From positions 192,041-256,040 of the forward strand of contig JADIYW010000028.1 of the NCBI GenBank assembly GCA_016705125.1: a stretch of 64,000 bases of DNA, written 5' to 3'. The notes beneath the pieces were generated by a model. That model was given only the letters and a program-made list of their open reading frames with translations, was not told where the DNA came from and ran no database searches. The DNA comes from Bacteroidota bacterium. GTDB taxonomy: Bacteria; Bacteroidota; Bacteroidia; Chitinophagales; JADIYW01. Positions 35,552 through 42,586 of the stretch are shown here, in pieces. A program made the position numbers and the translations under genes. Numbering within the stretch: position 1 is the stretch's first letter; every line of letters starts with the position of its first letter.

Positions 35552-37057
35552 ATGACAAACTTAGAACAATATTACTTAACAGAAGAGCACCATTTATTTC
35601 GTAATTCATTGCGTGATTTTTTGGATAAAGAAGTGGTGCCGTTTGTAGATCAATGGGAAATTGACCATCAGGTGCCAAAAGAAATTTTTAGAAAATTTGG
35701 CGAAATGGGTTATTTTGGATTAACTCAAGAAGAGAAATATGGCGGCTCTAATTTAGATTTTTGGTACGACGTAATCTTTATCGAAGAAGTTTCAAAATCC
35801 AATTCCGGTGGTTTTGGCGCTAGTATTTCGGCTCATCCTTATTTGTCTATGTCACACTTGAAACATGAAGGAAGTGATTTTTTGAAAGATAAATATTTGC
35901 CAAAAGCCATTTCTGGAGATTGGCATGGCGCACTAGCAATCACCGAGCCTCACGCTGGATCAGATGTTGCGAACATAAAAACAACAGCAAAAAAAGACGG
36001 CGACTTTTATATAATAAATGGATCAAAATGTTTTATTACCAATGGTGTATCCGCCGATTATATAATTGTAGCTTGCAAAACTGCTAACGGAATTTCCATG
36101 ATTTTAGTGGAAGGAAATGCTATAGGTTTATCAAAAAACAATTTGAATAAATTAGGATGGAAAGCAAGTGATACAGCTGAGTTAGCATTTGATAATGTCA
36201 AAGTACCAATTACCAATTTATTGGGCGAAGAAGGTAAAGGATTTTACTATATCATGCAACGATTTGAATTAGAAAGACTTACACTAGCACTTGGGGCATT
36301 GGCTTCTTCAGAATGGGCATTGCAATATGCATTACAATACATGAACGAACGAAAGGCTTTTGGAAAAACAATAAATAAATTCCAAGTTTTAAGACATAGA
36401 ATAGCACAAATGGCTGCTGAAATAGAAAATGTAAAAACATTTACTTACCACGTTTGCAAAATGTATAATGACAAAAATTATTGTGTAAAAGAAGCATCAA
36501 TGTCAAAATTATTGGCCACCGAATTGTCAGATAAAGTGGCCTACCAATGCTTGCAAATGTTTGGTGGATACGGCTACATGGAAGAATACAAGATTGCACG
36601 CTTTTTCAGAGATTCGCGATTAGGAACTATTGGTGGTGGCAGTTCTGAAATTATGTGTGAGATTATTGCAAAGATGGTTATTGATGATGTGAGTTATGGT
36701 CGACAGACGACGGTCGACAGTCCAAAGCAAAAGGAATTAAACATTGAAGACATAATTAGTAGCTTACCAAATCGATTTAAAAAAGAAAAAGCAAATGGTA
36801 TTGAAATGACCATTCTATTTGAGTTTGAAAATGATTTATACTATCAAATCGAAATAAAAAACCAAAATATTGTTTTGTCCACGGTCGACAGTCGACAGTC
36901 GACAGTGGACTTAACCATTACAACCACAACCGAAACATACATCGCAGTAGAAACGGGCAAACTAAATCCCCAAGAAGCATTTATGAGTGGGAAAATAAAA
37001 GTAAGCGATTTGGGTAAAATGATGCAGTTTGGTTCTCTTTTTAAAAAATATAATTAA
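35552..37057 (+). CDS. acyl-CoA dehydrogenase fused to a C-terminal SCP2 domain (candidate isovaleryl-CoA dehydrogenase of the cluster)
   Basis: 501 aa; ACAD motifs (ALAITEPHAGSD, FGGYGYMEEY, GTIGGGSSEI). The C-terminal ~110 aa resembles the stand-alone SCP2 ORF at 19543-19878. Confidence 0.85.
   Translation: MTNLEQYYLTEEHHLFRNSLRDFLDKEVVPFVDQWEIDHQVPKEIFRKFGEMGYFGLTQEEKYGGSNLDFWYDVIFIEEVSKSNSGGFGASISAHPYLSMSHLKHEGSDFLKDKYLPKAISGDWHGALAITEPHAGSDVANIKTTAKKDGDFYIINGSKCFITNGVSADYIIVACKTANGISMILVEGNAIGLSKNNLNKLGWKASDTAELAFDNVKVPITNLLGEEGKGFYYIMQRFELERLTLALGALASSEWALQYALQYMNERKAFGKTINKFQVLRHRIAQMAAEIENVKTFTYHVCKMYNDKNYCVKEASMSKLLATELSDKVAYQCLQMFGGYGYMEEYKIARFFRDSRLGTIGGGSSEIMCEIIAKMVIDDVSYGRQTTVDSPKQKELNIEDIISSLPNRFKKEKANGIEMTILFEFENDLYYQIEIKNQNIVLSTVDSRQSTVDLTITTTTETYIAVETGKLNPQEAFMSGKIKVSDLGKMMQFGSLFKKYN
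36698..36723 (+). repeat. GTCGAC-word stretch read in frame (GRQTTVDSP) at the ACAD/SCP2 junction
   Basis: ggtcgacagacgacggtcgacagtcc. Confidence 0.6.
36877..36910 (+). repeat. GTCGAC-word stretch read in frame (STVDSRQSTVD) inside the SCP2 domain
   Basis: gtccacggtcgacagtcgacagtcgacagtggac; its ends are self-complementary (gtccac/gtggac). Confidence 0.6.
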
Positions 37058-37074
37058 CCACAAAGTTCTCAAAG

Positions 37075-37523
37075 TTCCGAAACTTCGGAATTACACAAAG
37101 CACACAAAGATGAAAGAAAATGATTTAGCATATAAAGTAATAGGTTTAGCAATTGAAGTACACAATGTATTAGGACCTGGATTATTAGAAAGTGCATATC
37201 AGGAATGCTTATTTTATAAAATAGAAAAAGAAGGATTACAAGTAGTAAAAGAAAAAGCAATGCCATTGATTTATGAAGAAGTAAAATTGGATTGTGGTTA
37301 TAGAATAGATTTATTAGTAGAAAATAAATTAGTTATAGAAATAAAAAGTGTAGATGCTTTAAATGAAATACATCTTGCACAAACTTTAACTTATCTTAAA
37401 TTAGGAAAATATAAACTTGGATTATTAATAAATTTCAACACCATACTTTTAAAAAGTGGCATAAAACGAATTATAAACGGAAATCCCACTTAGTGAACTT
37501 TGTGTAATTCCGAAGTTTCGGAA
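37075..37523 (+). mobile_element. 449-bp cassette: GxxExxY gene bracketed by perfect 26-bp terminal inverted repeats
   Basis: 37075-37100 ttccgaaacttcggaattacacaaag is the exact reverse complement of 37498-37523 ctttgtgtaattccgaagtttcggaa. Each repeat also contains a ttccgaa/ttcggaa hairpin. Confidence 0.6.
37110..37493 (+). CDS. GxxExxY protein (PD-(D/E)xK nuclease-fold mini-protein), copy 2
   Basis: MKENDLAYKVIGLAIEVHNVLGPGLLESAYQECL...YRIDLLVENKLVIEIKS. I prefer the ATG at 37110 over the track start at 37029, which runs through the upstream gene end and the inverted repeat. Confidence 0.8.
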   Translation: MKENDLAYKVIGLAIEVHNVLGPGLLESAYQECLFYKIEKEGLQVVKEKAMPLIYEEVKLDCGYRIDLLVENKLVIEIKSVDALNEIHLAQTLTYLKLGKYKLGLLINFNTILLKSGIKRIINGNPT

Positions 37524-38673
37524 TTACCCAGTTTGTGTTAAAAAAACAAACAAAATAAATTTAATTTTTTAAAAAAATACACCCCCAAAATGAGTGCAAC
37601 ACAATCTTATCTTAGAAAAGAACACGAATCTTTCAGACAAACGATTCGACAATTTTTAGAAAAAGAAGCCATTCCAAATATTGACCAATGGGAATTGGAT
37701 GGCAAAATACCACGTGTGAAGAAATATCAAAAGTTTTCTCTGGTGGATTTACCATTACTGCCGCCGTGCAAGCATTTATGAGCACTCCATACATTATGAA
37801 ACACGGTAGTGAATATTTGAAAGAAAACTATCTAAAGCCTGCCATAACAGGAGAAAAAATTGGCTGTATCGGAATTACCGAACCAGGTGCTGGCAGTGAT
37901 GCAGCAAATATTCAAACTCGTGCTATTAAAGAAGGCGATTATTATATCGTAAATGGCTCAAAAACATTTATTACAAATGGTATTTATGGACAATTTGTAA
38001 TATTGGTTTGTAAAACAAACCCCGAAGCCGGCGCTGCAGGTGTAAGCCTATTGGTATTGGATTTGGATGCAGAAGGGGTGTCAAAAAACAAACTTAAAAA
38101 ATTAGGATGGCACGCATCCGACACAGCGGAATTGCATTTTGACAATGTTAAAGTACCCGTCAAAAATTTATTGGGTGAAGAAGGAAAAGGATTTTATTAC
38201 CTCATGGGAGGCCTACAATTAGAACGTTTATCTGCTGGAATAATGGGCTATGCATCCTGTGAGGCCATGTTGGAATACTCCTTAAAATACATGAATGAGC
38301 GAAGTGCTTTTGGAAGAACAATCAATAAATTTCAAGTATTGCGACACAGAGTAGCACAATTAGCAGCAGAAATAGAAAGCATTAAAATATTTACACTACA
38401 AACTTGCAAAATGCATGAAGAGGGTAAATATGTTGTAAAAGAATGCTCGATGGTGAAATTATTAGCCACCGAATTAGCAGACAAATGTATGTATCAATGT
38501 CTACAGTTTTTTGGAGGTTATGGCTATATGGAAGAATACAAAGTGGCACGTGCTTTCAGGGATTCTCGAATAGGAACAATTGGAGGTGGTTCGTCAGAAA
38601 TTATGCGCGAAATAATCGCTAAAATGGTCATAGATGATATTGGTTATGAAAGAGCCGAATCTAATGTAGATGG

Positions 38674-38713
38674 CCAACCGTCGACGGTCGACAGTCAACC
38701 GTTGACTGTGGAC
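38674..38713 (+). repeat. GTCGAC-word stretch read in frame (QPSTVDSQPLTVD) at the ACAD/SCP2 junction of copy 2
   Basis: ccaaccgtcgacggtcgacagtcaaccgttgactgtggac. Confidence 0.6.
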
Positions 38714-38839
38714 AAAATATTTGCCACTTTACCCGCACGTTTTAAAACCGAAAAAGCAGTTGGAAAGAACTTAAATTTAGAATTCAGGTTTGACTCCTCT
38801 ACTTATTATGTACTTATAAAAGATGGGAATTTAGAAATT

Positions 38840-38875
38840 CAGTCGACCGACGACCGTCGACCGTCGACCGTGGAT
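38840..38875 (+). repeat. GTCGAC-word stretch read in frame (QSTDDRRPSTVD) inside the SCP2 domain of copy 2
   Basis: cagtcgaccgacgaccgtcgaccgtcgaccgtggat. Confidence 0.6.
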
Positions 38876-39028
38876 TGTTTAGTAGAAACAGATGATGCGA
38901 CTTATATCGCTGTTGAAACTGGGAAATTAAACCCTCAAGAAGCCTTTATGACAGGAAAAATAAAGGTATCCGATTTGATGCAAATGATGGCTTTTGGAGC
39001 ACTTTTCAAAAAACTATAGGTAAATAAA

Positions 39029-39069
39029 CTTAAAACAATCCTTGATTATATTTCAAGGATTGTTTTAAG
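39029..39069. terminator. bidirectional rho-independent terminator between convergent genes
   Basis: Perfect 17-bp stem cttaaaacaatccttga / tcaaggattgttttaag with a 7-nt loop. Confidence 0.7.
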
Positions 39070-39104
39070 TTATATACTTTTTAAAAATCGATTTATATAT
39101 AGAA

Positions 39105-39803
39105 TTATAATAATCCTAAGGCCAATTCTACCATTTGAGAAAATGAATTTTGACGTTCTTCTGAGGTAGTAGAATCACCCGTAATCAAACTGTCGCTTAT
39201 CGTAAAAACACCCAAAGCATCTACTTTATATTTATGAGCCAAAGTAAATAAAATGGAAGATTCCATTTCAACAGCCAAAACGCCATGTTCGGCCCACACT
39301 TTAAACCAATTTGGGTCGCTATTATAAAATTCATCAGCGCTTAATACATTTCCAGCTTTTACATTTATTCCTTTTGTTTTAGCAATATCCATTGCTTTTA
39401 AAAACAAAGGTATGCTTGCCGTTGCAGCATAATCGGCACCATTAAAATATTTCGTATTTATATATGAGGTAGTACTTGCTGAAACTGCTACAACAATATC
39501 ACGTAAATTAATAAATGGTTGCATTGAACCTGCCGTACCCACTCTAATTAATTGTTTACAACCATATTCACGTATCAATTCATTGACATAAATAGAAATT
39601 GAGGGAATACCCATTCCGGTACCTTGTACCGAAACCCTTTTACCTCTATAAAATCCAGTAAATCCAAGCATATTTCTTACGTCATTGTAACAAAAGACAT
39701 CATCCAAAAAAGTATCTGCAATATACTTAGCCCTTAGCGGGTCACCTGGCAATAGGATTGTTTCAGCAATTTCACCCTTTTTTGCATTTATATGGATACT
39801 CAT
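39105..39803 (-). CDS. deoD: purine nucleoside phosphorylase, DeoD type
   Basis: [33 protein letters not shown]... is collinear with E. coli DeoD. I prefer the start at MSIHI over the track start at 39821. Confidence 0.88.
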   Translation of the reverse strand: MSIHINAKKGEIAETILLPGDPLRAKYIADTFLDDVFCYNDVRNMLGFTGFYRGKRVSVQGTGMGIPSISIYVNELIREYGCKQLIRVGTAGSMQPFINLRDIVVAVSASTTSYINTKYFNGADYAATASIPLFLKAMDIAKTKGINVKAGNVLSADEFYNSDPNWFKVWAEHGVLAVEMESSILFTLAHKYKVDALGVFTISDSLITGDSTTSEERQNSFSQMVELALGLL

Positions 39804-39922
39804 ATTATTTTTTAATCCCAAAAATAAGAAATGTATTTTAAAGCAGATGAGTTAATTTTAAAAACCTTGTATGGGCTTTTATAAATTCAAAAAAAAACAT
39901 ACTTTTAGAAAAAAAATACAAA

Positions 39923-40396
39923 ATGGAGTTAGATGATTTAATAAATAAGGTAACTGACATCACAACAACAATTACTGATAAAATTGATGATTGGAAAACT
40001 GATTTTTTTGATGATGAAAAACAAAATATCATTCAAGAATTTAGAGATAATACCAAGGAAAAAATAAGTGCAATTTTAAATGACTTACAGAATTCAACAA
40101 AACTAATAGAAAATATAGGATACGATTTTGTTGCGTTTAATATCGATTTAGGCATTCCACCGAGTGTTCAACTAATATTTGAAGTATTGCCATTAAAAGC
40201 TGAAAAGATAGAAGCACAATTGCCAGAGGACATCAATTTGGTAATAAAAATAGTTTTAAAAGCACTACTTCGGACAAATGCATTAGCACAGTCCATCAAA
40301 TTAAATGATTTTGAATGCAAACAAGTTACACTTACAATGGGTTTAAATCCTGATATTGTATTGAATTATAAAAAAAAACTTAAAAATGGGAAATAA
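39923..40396 (+). CDS. hypothetical protein (157 aa)
   Basis: Open frame only. Confidence 0.3.
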   Translation: MELDDLINKVTDITTTITDKIDDWKTDFFDDEKQNIIQEFRDNTKEKISAILNDLQNSTKLIENIGYDFVAFNIDLGIPPSVQLIFEVLPLKAEKIEAQLPEDINLVIKIVLKALLRTNALAQSIKLNDFECKQVTLTMGLNPDIVLNYKKKLKNGK

Positions 40397-41246
40397 AATA
40401 TACTACCTAGCTTTTTTAATATTATTAATTTCCTGTAATAAAACGGATGAATTAGGATATAAAATTACAAAATCTGCTATCTATTTTGTAAAAGGCAATC
40501 CACCGAGACCTGTTGAAATAATTGATGCTGATGTGCTATCCTTTAAAATTCTGGATACTACAAAAATGTATGCTAAAGACAAAAACAGTGTTTATTTCTT
40601 AGGAGATATTATTAAAGATGCAGATCCAAATTCATTTGAATTACTTGAAAAACCTTATTATACAAAAGACAAAAATTATGTGTATCTGAGCTCTACCAAA
40701 TTTTGCAGTTATCCCGAAACTTTTTCATTTATAGGCAATTATTATTGTAAAAACAAAAAATACGTTTATCGACCAATTGGCAGAGGAGATAAGGTAACTG
40801 AGGATATAAATAATTTCAAATTAATAAAAGAAGAAGGATTATATGATTATGCCATCGATAGCAAATTTGCTTATGTAAATGGTATGCGTATTGAAAAAGT
40901 CAACATTAATGCCTATAAACCAATCAAACAAGGTTTTTCAAAAGATGACAAACAAATTTTTTACTTAGATAAAAAAATGCCCATTAGCGATTATCCAAGT
41001 TTTGAAATAGTGCAACTACCCTATTCTAAGGATAATTATAGGGCTTATTTTAGGGATTTTATTATAGAAAAATCAGACCCAAAAACCTTTAAAATTTTAA
41101 ATTTAGATGCTTCCTGCAGTTGTGATACAACACATGCATATTTTAAAAATGAAATAATAAAAAAAGCCGATATGGAAAGCATAAAAAAAGGATTGCCTGT
41201 AATTGGTTGCAATGAAAATGAAGTATTTTTTGGCCAGTTTGATTAG
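40386..41246 (+). CDS. DKNYY-repeat lipoprotein
   Basis: Lipobox-like LLISC, and repeated DKNSVYF / DKNYVY / KKYVY motifs. Confidence 0.6.
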   Translation: MGNKIYYLAFLILLISCNKTDELGYKITKSAIYFVKGNPPRPVEIIDADVLSFKILDTTKMYAKDKNSVYFLGDIIKDADPNSFELLEKPYYTKDKNYVYLSSTKFCSYPETFSFIGNYYCKNKKYVYRPIGRGDKVTEDINNFKLIKEEGLYDYAIDSKFAYVNGMRIEKVNINAYKPIKQGFSKDDKQIFYLDKKMPISDYPSFEIVQLPYSKDNYRAYFRDFIIEKSDPKTFKILNLDASCSCDTTHAYFKNEIIKKADMESIKKGLPVIGCNENEVFFGQFD

Positions 41247-41415
41247 ATGGGAAGTTGGCAGTCCACTTATAAGTTATTGGTTATTGAGTGATTGGTAATT
41301 AGTGATTGGTAATTAGTTATTAGATGTCGAAAGTGGAGAAGTTGACAGTTCACTGCAATTAGGTTTTTAATTCAACATTTCTTGATTCTATTCAACATTT
41401 AAAATTAAACATTCA
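41247..41415. repeat. word-mosaic array (CAGTCCAC words, then TTATTGG/TGATTGG words, then ATTCAACATT words)
   Basis: Fills the whole spacer between convergent genes. gaagttg(g/a)cagt(c/t)cact occurs twice. Confidence 0.6.
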
Positions 41416-42570
41416 TCATTTATTTAAAATTTCCCTCGTATTAGGATCAACTTTGTCATAATTCCATGCCTTAAAAGCAAAGTCCCATTCCTTATTTATC
41501 CGTTCAATTATATTAGGTGTTAAATCAGGAAAAACATTTTTTTCGTAGTCTTTCACGCTTTCAAGATACTTATTTATGTTAGGACGTGCATCTTCCAATC
41601 CTCCCAAATTAAGTTCTTCATAAATGCGCTCAATTGTTGGCCAGGTATTTTTGTCCAATTCATCAAATCCAATTTCAAGTAAATTTTCCTTGGGTACTAA
41701 TTCTCTATATTGTAAATATCTACTTAAAGTAGATTCAAAATTATAAAAAACCCTGTCTTCAATTTCCGCTTCGCTAAAATCTTGCAAAAACTGGGTGCTT
41801 ATCGCCTTTTGGTATAAATGTCTTGAAGAATGGAATACTTGATATGGATTTCTATGAATAAACAAAAACTTAGATTGCGGAAAAATACTCACCAATTCCT
41901 TAATTCTACTTGTATTATGCGGATTTTTCAACAAAAGTTTTCCATTGCCATTTATGTAAGCTATCAATTTTAACAAATAAATATAATCTCTCTTCCAAAG
42001 GCGTTTGCCTCTTGGTTTTATTCCTTTAAATAAATTAAATCGATTGTGGTAAGAGATATTTTTTGGAAAATAAAAAGAATGAAAACCACTTCTAATTGAA
42101 ATATTAGAGAAGGGCTGTTCCTCTTCAGCAGGGTAATTTACATGCATAGGAATATTGTCTTGGGGTCGTTTGTGTGGCATTAGTGGACTCAACAACCATT
42201 TCAACCAAGTGCGCCCAATCAGACTGACATTAATCAGAAAAGCCTGATAATTAGATAGATAAGCAAATTGCTTGTCGTGTGCAAATATATAATGTAAATG
42301 TGTAGTGCCGCTACGCCAATGTCCTAATATAAAAAATGGAGGTTTTGAGAAAATATCCATTTTTTTGATACGCCAATTAAAAATAATTCGCTGTAACCAT
42401 TGAAATATCAAAGTACCAATTAAAAACAACCATATACGTGTGGCCATTTTCTTTTTGTCAATTTTATTTTGGCGGATAAGTTTTATCCAAACTGACAAAT
42501 AGGAAATTGAAAGTTGGTGATCTTGAATTTTTATTTCCTTATTCTGCTTTTTCATAATTAAAGATACCAA
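41416..42570 (-). CDS. sulfotransferase family protein with an N-terminal membrane anchor
   Basis: PAPS-binding loop GHWRSGTTHLH and the downstream RNPYQV region. Confidence 0.65.
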   Translation of the reverse strand: MVSLIMKKQNKEIKIQDHQLSISYLSVWIKLIRQNKIDKKKMATRIWLFLIGTLIFQWLQRIIFNWRIKKMDIFSKPPFFILGHWRSGTTHLHYIFAHDKQFAYLSNYQAFLINVSLIGRTWLKWLLSPLMPHKRPQDNIPMHVNYPAEEEQPFSNISIRSGFHSFYFPKNISYHNRFNLFKGIKPRGKRLWKRDYIYLLKLIAYINGNGKLLLKNPHNTSRIKELVSIFPQSKFLFIHRNPYQVFHSSRHLYQKAISTQFLQDFSEAEIEDRVFYNFESTLSRYLQYRELVPKENLLEIGFDELDKNTWPTIERIYEELNLGGLEDARPNINKYLESVKDYEKNVFPDLTPNIIERINKEWDFAFKAWNYDKVDPNTREILNK

Positions 42571-42586
42571 CCAGGAATTTAAAAAA

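Larger units (their letters stand above)
37590..39019 (+). pseudogene. second ACAD-SCP2 paralogue, with an internal ~100-nt deletion and frameshift near 37711-37722
   Basis: The N-terminal 42 aa align with copy 1 up to DQWELDGKIPR, then the frame changes to ...EEISKVFSGGF. About 34 codons present in copy 1 are missing. The remaining 440 codons are open. Confidence 0.7.
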
